From Paraspadella gotoi (taxonomy: Eukaryota; Animalia; Chaetognatha), in the NCBI GenBank assembly GCA_051294375.1, contig JBJCIZ010000250.1, positions 1-43,286 of the forward strand: a DNA stretch of 43,286 nt. The letters run 5' to 3'. Made by a program: the position numbers and the translations under genes. The stretch's first letter is position 1. The number at the start of each line of letters is the position of its first letter. This document shows positions 23,821 to 35,660 of the stretch, in pieces. The notes under the pieces are model-generated. The model searched no databases and was not told where the DNA came from. It saw only the letters and a list, made by a program, of their open reading frames with translations.

Positions 23821-25236
23821 GGAGATTTTTCTTTCGTCGCCGCCAGAGTTCGAATCCCCTTTGTCGCCGCGGATGTCGCTGTTGTTGTCGTCGTTGTCGT
23901 TGTTGTCGTCGTCGTTGTTGTCGTCGTCGTTGTTGTCGTCGTCGTCATTGTCGTCGTTGTCGTTGTCGTCGTCATCGTCGTTGCCTTCGTAGTTTTTATA
24001 GTTGTTGTTAATTTCTTCCTTCTCGTCTTTGTAACTATCAGCATTAATGTATCAACATCGGTTCACCTTTTAACGCGAGTAGAGCTGCCTAAATGGTTGT
24101 CGTTGTCGTCGTNNNNNNNNNNNNNNNNNNNNNNNNNNNNNNNNNNNNNNNNNNNNNNNNNNNNNNNNNNNNNNNNNNNNNNNNNNNNNNNNNNNNNNNN
24201 NNNNNNNNNNNNNNNNNNNNNNNNNNNNNNNNNNNNNNNNNNNNNNNNNNNNNNNNNNNNNNNNNNNNNNNNNNNNNNNNNNNNNNNNNNNNNNNNNNNN
24301 NNNNNNNNNNNNNNNNNNNNNNNNNNNNNNNNNNNNNNNNNNNNNNNNNNNNNNNNNNNNNNNNNNNNNNNTCGTCGTCGTCGTCGTCGTCGTAACTTTT
24401 AATCGTATTCATCCTGCAAAAAACTAAATTCAATACTATTTACATGTTACAATGAATACAATAACCCAACAAAAAAGAAAATAAAAAAGATTAAAAAAAT
24501 TTGTAAAGAAATAAATTATTTCAACGGAATAAAAAATCTCTCTCTNNNNNNNNNNNNNNNNNNNNNNNNNNNNNNNNNNNNNNNNNNNNNNNNNNNNNNN
24601 NNNNNNNNNNNNNNNNNNNNNNNNNNNNNNNNNNNNNNNNNNNNNNNNNNNNNNNNNNNNNNNNNNNNNNNNNNNNNNNNNNNNNNNNNNNNNNNNNNNN
24701 NNNNNNNNNNNNNNNNNNNNNNNNNNNNNNNNNNNNNNNNNNNNNNNNNNNNNNNNNNNNNNNNNNNNNNNNNNNNNNNNNNNNNNNNNNNNNNNNNNNN
24801 NNNNNNNNNNNNNNNNNNNNNNNNNNNNNNNNNNNNNNNNNNNNNNNNNNNNNNNNNNNNNNNNNNNNNNNNNNNNNNNNNNNNNNNNNNNNNNNNNNNN
24901 NNNNNNNNNNNNNNNNNNNNNNNNNNNNNNNNNNNTGTTAACAAAGACAAAAACAAGGTTTTAATTGTATTGATAAAAAATATAGAGCTATAGAGCTAAA
25001 GATGTAGTTAAATTAAAGATATGTATAGTACAAGTGAAGGCCTAAAAAAAGTAAGTGCCGAGTTCACTTTTTGTGAATGAGCAACGACCGTGATTGTTAT
25101 CCATTTCTATCAGTGATCTGTGATCTGTGATCCAGCCTGAAGAAATTAATAATTGTATAATTTATAGACCTATTATTTTTCGGCCGATAAAGAAATAAAA
25201 ATTTCGTCGAATACTGCTAATCCCTACCTAATCTAA

Positions 25237-25515
25237 TTTTTAGTTGCGCCGCGAGTACTCTGTAAGTCACTTTTCGGTCGGTCTGTCGGTCCGTCGGTAT
25301 GTCTGTTCATCGGTCTGTCCCACTTACGTGAAAAATGCCCATAACTTGCACATAGTTGTTTGCTCGATGCTCATTTGTTAAGAAGGGAAAATTTTTCAAA
25401 TTTATAATCCTGAAATAATAAAAAAACAAAATACGGAATTCCGATGTAGTGCGTCGGCTAAGAAAGTTATTGTAGTCATGTAGTCATGTCATGTCACGTC
25501 ATGTCATGTATTTAC
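25237..25515 (+). mobile_element. HINE/DINE-1-like interspersed repeat
   Basis: TTTTTAGTTGCG...ACTCTGTAAGTCACTTTTCGGTCGGTCTGTCGGTCC; ends in (CATGT)n; noisy copy at ~31313-31585. Confidence 0.5.
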
Positions 25516-27306
25516 ACTCTCCCTCCCTTTGTCCCTTCCCTCTCCTAACTAATCTTTCTCCAAATTCCTACTCTCCCTCCCTTTCTAAACTCTCCTTTTA
25601 CTCCTTTACCTATCTTTTTCATCCCTCTCTATCTTCTCTCTCTTTCTTCTCTTTCTTTACTTTTCTTTTTTCTCTCCTTCTCTTCTTAACCTTCTCGCCG
25701 ACGGAGAATCAAGAGGCTTTGCTCGCCAACGTCTTTACGTCTCTCTCTNNNNNNNNNNNNNNNNNNNNNNNNNNNNNNNNNNNNNNNNNNNNNNNNNNNN
25801 NNNNNNNNNNNNNNNNNNNNNNNNNNNNNNNNNNNNNNNNNNNNNNNNNNNNNNNNNNNNNNNNNNNNNNNNNNNNNNNNNNNNNNNNNNNNNNNNNNNN
25901 NNNNNNNNNNNNNNNNNNNNNNNNNNNNNNNNNNNNNNNNNNNNNNNNNNNNNNNNNNNNNNNNNTCTCTCTCTCTCTCTCCTTCCCTTGCAGCGAGAGT
26001 CGCCAAACGTGAATATCACAAGGAAGACTTCATTGCGTTTCTCCTTGGTTACCAGGCTCCAATGCTTGATTACCTAAATCGATTGCTTGGTCGCCGCCAG
26101 CAAATCACAAGAAACGCAGGTTGCCGAAATTGGTCGGAGAGTCTTTGTTTCCGGAGCCGGAAAATTGGAATTAGTCCGGAGAAAATGCTACTTTTTCGAC
26201 GCGACATTAAATCGTGAATGACTTAATCTAAATCAACGATACGTGATTAGTGATTACCTGCCATTATAAAATATATTATAACCTAACTGATAACAATATC
26301 AGATTAATTAAGATCTTTTTTAAAAAAAAAAACTCTTATAATAATACACGACAACTTTACTAAGTTACCTTCAAAAATGTTAAAACATGTGTAAAACATA
26401 AGGCTTCATGTCATTAACCAATTTTACTATAAGTTTTTTTTTTCTGATTTGACATTGCTCTTTTGCTTTGCCTTCAAAGCAAAGCCTTTGACAAAAAGTT
26501 GTATTCATGCCGGCTGAGTTCAGATTCATTTTCGCTCGTGTATTCAGCGGAGATCAGCAATAATAGATTCACTTAATTAACAAAGGCGTCGCCGCTGGGC
26601 TGAGTGGGTCGTCCATTGACGAAGAGAACGAAGTAGATTCGCGTCGGAGGAAAGAGGATAGAGAGAAAGAAGAAAATAATGGAGGAAAAGGAAAGGAAAG
26701 GAATGAGAAAAATAATGGAGAGGATGGTGAAGGGAGAAAGAAAAAAAGGGAAGAAGTAAAGAGAATAGAATGGAGGAAAGGAAACGAAAGAGAAAAATAA
26801 TGGAGAGGCTGGTGAAGGGAGGAAGAAAAAAAGGAAAAGAAAGAGAAAAAGAATGGAGAGGTTGGTGAAGGGAGGAAGAAAAATGGAAAGGAAAAAAAGA
26901 TAATAGAATGGAGGAAAGGAAAGAAAATAGAAAAAAGAATGGAGAGGACTGATAAAGGAAGAAAAGATATAGAAACAAGATCGGTTCATCCAATGTCCAA
27001 CTAAAAAGAAAGAAAAGAAATCTCCGCGAGTGAGATTTTCGAGCGAAGCAGCTTCGGACGAAGGAGGAAAAAGAAGAGAAGAGAGAGAAAGGAAAGGATT
27101 AGGAGGAGAAGGTAATAAAGAGTCGAGGGAGGATAAGAGTAAACAGTAATTAAGAGGAATGAAGGGAAGGAAGAAATGAAGGTATTAAAGAGAAGACCGG
27201 CGAGATAAGGCAAGGGAGGTGTTAAGAATCGGACATCTTACGGGGGAAAAGATGACATTCTGGTGGTCCTATCACCACAGATGATTAAAGCTGTTTCTTT
27301 CGCTGC

Positions 27307-27537
27307 GCCTCAGTGGCTCAGTGGACTAATGCACCATCCCAATGTGCGTCCCTGGTTCGAGCCCTGAGGTTGTCATGTAGAAAGTGGGATGGACCGGGTA
27401 ACCCGCCTGTAGGCATGGGCCTACTGCCGGATCCAAAGCTCTGTACTACACGAACATGCTGTCTCGCTGACGCCACGATGTGACACCGCTGCGGGTGTGG
27501 CGCCCTGTAAAACCAGCCTCTTCAACATAGCTTTTTT
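27307..27537 (+). mobile_element. tRNA-derived SINE-like / Pol III transcription unit carrying a twister ribozyme
   Basis: A box TGGCTCAGTGG 27314-27324; B box GGTTCGAGCC 27354-27363; acceptor-stem-like GCCTCAG (27307-13) / CTGAGGT (27364-70); GC-rich structured body; T6 run 27532-27537. Confidence 0.7.
27376..27450 (+). ncRNA. Twister self-cleaving ribozyme, circularly permuted (type P5)
   Basis: P5 TGTAG/CTACA; P2 GTGG/CC(-)C; conserved GA (27388-89); T1 TGGA (27390-93) / TCCA (27432-35); UAA cleavage motif 27399-401; T2 GC (27405-06) / GC (27438-39); P3 GTAGGC/GCCTAC; P4 CGGA/TCTG closing 8-nt loop TCCAAAGC. Confidence 0.75.
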
Positions 27538-27849
27538 ATAATTTGAAATATCAACGAAGGAAGTAGGCCTAGTTTATTGATGAGAAATTGAAGGAGTTTT
27601 ATTAATACAAATAAACGAAGAGGTAATGAGAATTTAAGGCGATTATGAAGAATAAACAGACAGTAAACAAATACAGTAGAAAAAGAAGAAGAAACGGGCT
27701 AGTTAAAAAATGTAACTAAATCACAAAAAGGAATGATATTTAAATACTTTCCTACTGATAACATGAGTCAATAATCTTATATGACGATTATTGGTCGAAA
27801 ATATTCGAGGTCATACGAGAAAATATACGAGACATTGCAATTAAAGGTT

Positions 27850-27940
27850 GCCATTGCAAGTTGGCATTGCGAGTTGGCATTGCAAGTTGGCATTGCAAGT
27901 TCGTATTGCAAGTTGGCATTGCAAGTTGGCATTGCAAGTT
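27850..27940. repeat. 13-bp tandem repeat (TTGCAAGTTGGCA)n
   Basis: Direct inspection. Confidence 0.9.
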
Positions 27941-28391
27941 AATCGTGATAGTTTGATCAACACATTTTACTGCATTTTCTTCTGGCAACTAAACACCATC
28001 AAGATAANNNNNNNNNNNNNNNNNNNNNNNNNNNNNNNNNNNNNNNNNNNNNNNNNNNNNNNNNNNNNNNNNNNNNNNNNNNNNNNNNNNNNNNNNNNNN
28101 NNNNNNNNNNNNNNNNNNNNNNNNNNNNNNNNNNNNNNNNNNNNNNNNNNNNNNNNNNNNNNNNNNNNNNNNNNNNNNNNNNNNNNNNNNNNNNNNNNNN
28201 NNNNNNNNNNNNNNNNNNNNNNNNNNNNNNNNNNNNNNNNNNNNNNNNNNNNNNNNNNNNNNNNNNNNNNNNNNNNNNNNNNNNNNNNNNNNNNNNNNNN
28301 NNNNNNNNNNNNNNNNNNNNNNNNNNNNNNNNNNNNNNNNNNNNNNNNNNNNNNNNNNNNNNNNNNNNNNNNNNNNNNNNNNNNNNNNNNN

Positions 28392-28423
<32 letters not shown>

Positions 28424-28939
28424 AAACTTGCAATAGATTTTCTCGCAATAAAAACCATTCACAATAGCTTTTCAGGAATTTATTTCGCTCGCCATACATT
28501 GATTATTCCCTTGACTAACGAAATTTAACCTAGATTTAAACTAACATCTTCATAAAAATAAAATACAATATATCAATATAATCAATATATATATATAGAT
28601 ATTATTATCTTGTAAGTGAGATAGAGGCCCTAAACCTCCTTAGCTTATTTAATAAATGAATGGATTATTATTACATTGGTTGGAACAATTTCTCAAACAT
28701 TCTTAGTTTTCAATAAAAGAATGAAAAAAAACATAAAAAATTACATCCAATCATGAAAGTAATTTTTGGAAAGATCGTTTGACCTTTTGACCTTCATGAA
28801 TATCACTTCAAGTCCGTCTCTTTCGGCTCTTGGCAAAAATTCCATTTTTTTGGCGAATGGATTCAATTTTTTCTCCTCATTTCCGCCACAATTTTTCATT
28901 TGAGACGTTGGACGGGCCTTATTTTCCCAGAACGCTCCG

Positions 28940-29410
28940 GAGATAGGCGGACCGAGGAAGGAGCAGGGCGTTAACCTGGAGGCCCATTTTCAAAATATAA
29001 CATTGTGTACGAGATAGGCGGACCGTGGAAGGAGCAGGGCGTTAACCTGGAGGCCCTTTTTCAAAANNNNNNNNNNNNNNNNNNNNNNNNNNNNNNNNNN
29101 NNNNNNNNNNNNNNNNNNNNNNNNNNNNNNNNNNNNNNNNNNNNNNNNNNNNNNNNNNNNNNNNNNNNNNNNNNNNNNNNNNNNNNNNNNNNNNNNNNNN
29201 NNNNNNNNNNNNNNNNNNNNNNNNNNNNNNNNNNNNNNNNNNNNNNNNNNNNNNNNNNNNNNNNNNNNNNNNNNNNNNNNNNNNNNNNNNNNNNNNNNNN
29301 NNNNNNNNNNNNNNNNNNNNNNNNNNNNNNNNNNNNNNNNNNNNNNNNNNNNNNNNNNNNNNNNNNNNNNNNGTTAACCTGGAGGCCCTTTTTCAAAATA
29401 TAACATTGTG
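28940..29410. repeat. 71-bp tandem repeat (spans an N gap; about 6 noisy units visible at 35013-35425)
   Basis: GAGATAGGCGGACCG(A/T)GGAAGGAGCAGGGCGTTAACCTGGAGGCCC...CATTGTGTAC at 28940 and 29011. Confidence 0.85.
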
Positions 29411-29686
29411 CCTCCGTTTCATCTTAAATTCGGAAATTAGTTTATTTTTAGGTTTCAAGATTAGGTTGAATTTGAAGGTAATGGTTAAGGATTAAGTTAA
29501 TGATTAGGTTCGAGTTAGGGTCAAGTTAGGGTTAGAGTGATTGAGTAGTTCAGTGATTAAATAGTTAAGTGACCGGTGATTAGCGTGAGAGAACTTAGGA
29601 ATATGTTTGGATACCAAGATTTATCTACAATTTTTAATAATCGTAGGAAAACCTTTATCTCNNNNNNNNNNNNNNNNNNNNNNNNN

Positions 29687-29957
29687 AAGAGAGAGATCAC
29701 GAAGTCATACAGGCCAAAAAGAACCTTTGCATTGCGTGTCGGAGAAATGCCTTGGAAACGATCGAAAATTCGAACTGGAGATTCAAGTTGAGAAGAAAAA
29801 AAAAGGTTTTTGGGAAATTGCAAATATGGATGAGTAATTGGAGAGAGAGCGAGAGAGAGAGGAGAGAGAGGAGAGAGAGAAGAGAGGGTAGGAATCGGTG
29901 GGATACAAAAGGAGATTGACGGAGGGCAGATTCGGTCTATAGAAAGGTTGAGACATG

Positions 29958-30042
<85 letters not shown>

Positions 30043-30937
30043 GTATTTGGTACCTTCGTCAAAGGTGCTGACAAAAGGCCGAGAACATAATCAGTTGCGG
30101 TAGTAATCTTATGCCTTTCACCCTGATCCTTTAATGTTTCCTTGTGCGCTCCCTGTCCGACGGTTAACTACTGGGTGTCGGTCGTTCGGTTCGATGGGGT
30201 GGCTAAGAGATTTTTGTTGTGCCGAAGAGTTGAGTCCTTGTCGGCGGATGTTCGTGTTGTTGTCGTCGTTGTGTTGTTGTCGTCGTCGTTGTTGTCGTGT
30301 GTTGTTGTCGTCGTCGCTTGTCGTCGTGTCGTTGTGTGTATCGCGTTGCTTCGAGTTTATAGTTTGTTGTTAATCTCTTCTCGTTTGTATATAGATTAAT
30401 GTATAACATGGTTACTTTAACCGCGGTAGAGTGCTATGGTTGTGTGTGTCGTGTGTCGTCTGTGTTGTGTCTGTCGCCATGGTGTTGTTGTGTCGTTCGT
30501 TGTGTCGTCATCGTTGTGTTGTGTGTGTGTGTTGTCGTACGTCTATCGTCGTCGTGTTGTCGTCTGTCGTCGTCGTCGTCGTCGTAAGTTTTAATCGTAT
30601 TATCTGCAAAATAAATTTATACTATTTACATTTACAATGATACAATACACAAAAAGAAATAAAAAGCTTAAAATAAAATTTGTAAAGAAATAATATTTAA
30701 ACGGAATAAAAAATCTCTCTGCTCTTCTCTCTTCTCTGTCTCTTCTCTCTTCCTTCTTCTTCTCTCTTTCTCTTCTCATTTAGTGTTATTTATTTCGAGG
30801 ATCATTCTATATTTCGTTATGTCGTGTGTGCGTCGTCGTTCGTGTCTCGGCTATTGAACATTGTATTTTTGGTCTCGATGGTCGCGATATTTTTTTTTTT
30901 TTTCGGGGTGGATGGTGGTTCGATTGAGAGGAGAAGA

Positions 30938-30980
<43 letters not shown>

Positions 30981-33900
30981 GAGAGGAGAGAGAGTAGGTT
31001 GTTTTCGGCTGAAGTGATCACGAAGTGTTGTTAAAAAGGACAAAAGGTTTAAATTGTGTTTGATAAATATAGAGCTATAGAGCTAATGATGTAGTTATAA
31101 TTTAAGAGATATGTTATTGTAGCAGGTGAAGGCTAAAATAAGTAAGTGAGATTCCTTTTTGTGAATGAGCATCGACGTGATTGTTTATCATTTTTATCAG
31201 TGATATGTGGTTGTGATCCCAGCTGAATTAATAATTGTATAATTTTGACTATTTTTTTCGGCGATAAAGAAATAAAATTTTGTCGAATACTGCTATCCTA
31301 CCTAATGTAATTTTATAGTTTGCGCCGCGAGTATCTGTAGTCACTGTTCGGTCGGTTGTCGGTCGTCGGTATGTCTGTTCATCGGGATTGTCTTAGTGAA
31401 AAATGCCAATAAGTTGCACATATTGTTTGCTCGATGTCATTTGTTAGAGGGAAATTTTTCAAATTTATAAGTCATGAATTATAAAAAACAAGATAACGGA
31501 GATGTCCGATGTACGTGGTCGGTAAAGGAAAGGGTTATTGTGTAGTTGCATGTAGTATGTTGTCACGTCTATGTCATGTATTTACACTCCTCCTTTGCTT
31601 CCTCTCCTAACTATTCTTTTCCGAAATCTATCTCCTTCGGTAAACTCTTCCTTTTATCTCCTTTAGAACCTATTTATTTCACCTTCTCTCTTTTCTGTTT
31701 TTTTTTTACTTTTTTTTTTTTCCTTTTCTCTTTAGATAGGCTTTGTTCGCTGAGCAGGAATCAAGAGGCTTTTGCTTTTGCATCTGTCTTTTACGTTCTC
31801 TGCTCTCTCTTCTACTCGTCTGTCTCTTTCTTCTTCCTCTTATCTCTTCTCTCTTTGTGTGTTGTTGTGTCTCTGGTGTTTCGTCTCTTGTTCTGTCGGT
31901 TCCTGTTCTCATTTAGTTCCTGTTCCTGGAAACCTCGCGTATGGTGTGATCATGTTACTGAGGTTGCCTGTTGTGGTTTGCAGAGGCCGGGAGGATAAGT
32001 CTTCAATTCATATTTGGTGCTCTCTCTTCTCTCTCTTGCTTGACGTTTTGCTCTTCTCTCTCTTCTCTCTCGTGTGCCCTTTGCAGCTGAGGAGTTTGCT
32101 AAATTCGTGAATTATCATACAAGGAAGAGCTTTCATTGTTGGTTTCTCCTTTGGTTCAGGCCAATGTGCTTTGTTACTAAATGATTGCTGTGGTCGCCGA
32201 GCAATGATCACAAGAAACAGGTGTTTGTTGAATTGGTTGGTTAGAGTCGTTTTGTTTCCGGGATGTGTCGGTATAGAATTTGGAATTAGTGGCTGGTAGA
32301 ATTTGTGGTGCTACTTGTCGATCTGCGAGTAGTTAAAGTGTGAATTGAGTTAATTATCATCGATACTTTGTATTAGTGGATTTTACGTCTGCATTGATAT
32401 ATAATTATTATGAGCGCTAATTCTGATTAAATTAGTAGATTATTAAGGATCTTTTTTAAAATAAAAAAACTCTTGATAAATGATACACGACAACTTTAAG
32501 TTACCTCAAATATGTTAGAAACATGTGTAAACATAAGGCTTTCATTGTCTTATTGAAGTCGAATGTTACTATGAAGTTTTTTTTTCTGATTTGGATCATC
32601 TTTTTGCTTTGCCTTTCAAGCAGAGCCTTTGATCGAAAAGATTGTATTCAGCCGTTTTGAAGTTGAGATTCATTTTTTTCGCTCTCATGTGTATTGTTTT
32701 TGCTGTGAGATGGCTAATGATAGATTCAGCTTAATGTAAAAGGGTGCCGTGGGCTGAGTGGGTGTTATTGACGAAGAGAAGAAGTACGATTCGCGTTGGA
32801 GGAAAGAGGATAGAAGAAAGAGTAAAATTAGATGGAGAAAAGGAAAGGAAGGAATGAGAAGAAATTTGGAGAGGATGGTGAAGTTAAGTTATAAGTAAAA
32901 AGGGAAGAGTGAAAGAGATGATGAGGAAGAAGAATAGAAAAAAATGGAGAGGGGCTGGTGAAGGGAGGAGAAAAAAAGAAAGAAGAAAAAAGAATGGAGA
33001 GGTTGTGAAGGGGAATATGAATTAATGAAAGAAAAATAAGATAATAGAATGTTGTGAAGGAGAAGAAAATTGAAAAGAAGAATGGAGAGGATGGAATAAT
33101 GGAGAAAGATATAGAGACAAGATCGGTTCATCAATGTCCAACTAAAATATGTAAAGGAAAGAAATTCGCGAGTGAGATTTTTGGAGCTCGAAGCAGCTTG
33201 GCGAGAGGAGAAATAAGGAAGAGATAGGAGAGAGAGGGAAGGATTGGAGGAGAAGTGTATGAAAGAGTCGAGGTGAGGATATGGAGTAAACAGTAATTTT
33301 AAGATGTGAATGAAGGGAAGGAAGAAAGGAGGTATTAAAGAGAAGACCGGATATTAAGGCAAGGGAGGTGTTGAGAGGGGGGTCGGATCATCTTTACGGG
33401 GAAAGATGACATTCTGGTGTGTCCTATCACGACATGATGATTTAAAGTGTTTCTTTTGGTGCGTTCTAGTGGTCTCAGTGACTAATGCACGATCTCCATG
33501 GTGCGTCGTGGTTGTAGCCTGAGTTTATGTAGAAAGTGGGATGGACGGTACACGCTGTAGGCAATGGGCACTGCGGATACAAAGCTTCTGTACTACACGA
33601 AATGCTGTCTCGTGTACGGACGGATGTGACACCGCTGCGGGTGTGGCGACTGGAAAAACAGACTCTTAACATAGCTTTTATTATAAATTTTGAAATGATC
33701 AGAAGGAAGTAGACTAGTTTAGTGATGAGAATTGAAGGAGTTTTTTATGACAAATAAACGAAGAGTAATGAGATTTAAGGCGATTCTGAAGAATTAACAG
33801 ACAGTAAACAAGTAACTTGTAGAAAAGAGAAGAAGACGGGCTAGTTAAAATGGTAACTAAATCACAAAAGGAATGAATATTTAAATACTGTCTACTGATA

Positions 33901-35660
33901 ACATGATCAATAATGTTATTATTGACGATTTTATTGGTCGAAATATTCGAGGTCATACGAGAAAATATACGAGAGCTATTGCAATTATAATGGTTGCTTG
34001 CAGTTGGCATTGTCGAGTTGGCATTGCAATTGCATTGTGCATTTTCTTTGTATTGGCTAATTGGCTTGCATGTTGGCATTGAAGTTTGCGTGATTATGTT
34101 TGCACTCACACATTTTACTGCATTTTTTTCTGGTATTTATTTATCTTTATTATTTTTATAATTTGTAGTCTAAAGAAGTGTGGCCCATTTTCTCTTCTTC
34201 TCTCTTCTTTCTCTCTCTCTCTCTCTTCTCTCTCTCTGCTTCTGTCTCTCTTCTCTTTCTTTCTCTCTCAATTCTTTGCCAAGAGGAGTTCTATTTTTAG
34301 TACCCCCAAATCGCTTCGATACTTATTTTATGAGGAACTCTCATCTTTTTATGGCGAGGAAACAGTTTTCGCCAGATTCGCGTAGATAGAATTAAATGAG
34401 CGAGAGATCGAGAGAGAAGAGATGAGAGAGAGAGAGAGAAGCGAGAGGAGATGAGAGAGAGAGAGAGAGAGAAAAAGAGTAGAGAGAGATGAGGAGAGAG
34501 AGAAGAAGAAATCAATAGATTTCCTCTATAAAAAACCATTTCGACAATTTTTTATTGCTTTGCAGGATTTTATTTCGTGTATCTGCATACATCTGATTAT
34601 CTTGACTATCAAATTTAACTAGATTTAAACTAACATTATAAAATAAAATACAATATTAATATATTAATATATATTATAGATATTATTATCTGTAAGTGAG
34701 ATAGAGGCCTAAACTCCCTTAGTTATTTAATAATGAATGGATTATTATTACATTTGGGTGGAGAACAATTTCTCAAACATTTCTTAGTTTTCAATAAAAG
34801 GAATGAAAAAAAAAGTAAAAAATTACATCCATATGAAAGTATTTTTGGAGATTGTATTGACCTTTTGACCTTCATGAATATCACTTCAAGTCAGTCTCTT
34901 TCGGCCTTGGACAAAAATTGCCTTTTTTGGGAATGGATTATTTTTTCACTCATTGTCGCAATTATTTTCATAATTGAGCGTTGGACGGGCTTATTTTCCC
35001 AGAACGCTTCCGGAGATAGGCGGACCGGGAAGAGCAAGGCAGTTAACTGGAGGCCGATTTTCAAAATATAACTTGTGTACGAAATAGGCGGACGTGGAAG
35101 GAAGAGGGCGTTAACGCTGGAGGCCTTTTTCAAATATACATTGTGTACGTAGATAGGGAACCGTGGAAAGGAGCAGGTGTTAAACCTGGAGCCCTTTTTC
35201 AAAATATAACATTGTGTAGGAGATAGGCGGCCGAGGAAGGAGCGGCGTTTACAACTGTGGGAGGCCATTTTTCAATATAACATTGTGTACAGAGATGAGG
35301 GGACCGAGGAGAGGAGCAGGGCGTTAACACTGGAGGCTCTTTTTCAAAATATAACATGTGTAGAGTAGGCGGACGAGGAAAGAGAGGGCGTTAACTGTGA
35401 GGCGCTTTTCAAAAATATAAATTGGTCTCAGTTTCATCTTAAATTCGGAAGATTAGTTTATTTTTTAGGTTTCAAGATTAGGTTGAATTGAAGGTAATGG
35501 TTAAGGATATAGTTAATTGAGTAAGGGTTGAGGTTAGGTGCCAAGTTAGGGTTAGAGTATTGAGTAGTTTAGTTGATTATATTAAGTGACCGGTATTAGG
35601 TGGAGAATACTAGGATATGTTTGGATAAACCAAGATTTATCTACATTTTTAATAATGTAG
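29687..35660 (+). repeat. Noisy duplicate of ~23230-29661; probable raw long-read insertion
   Basis: Colinear with dense indels; starts right after the 25-N join at 29662-29686. Confidence 0.85.
33463..33679 (+). mobile_element. Error-laden second copy of the tRNA-SINE/twister unit (probably the same locus from a raw long read)
   Basis: Colinear with 27307-27537 inside the noisy duplicated block 29687-35660; twister part ~33528-33597. Confidence 0.55.

Noticed and set aside
27307-27370. Functional tRNA gene
   Set aside because: Only ~64 nt; anticodon arm and T stem do not pair properly. Treated as a tRNA-derived head.
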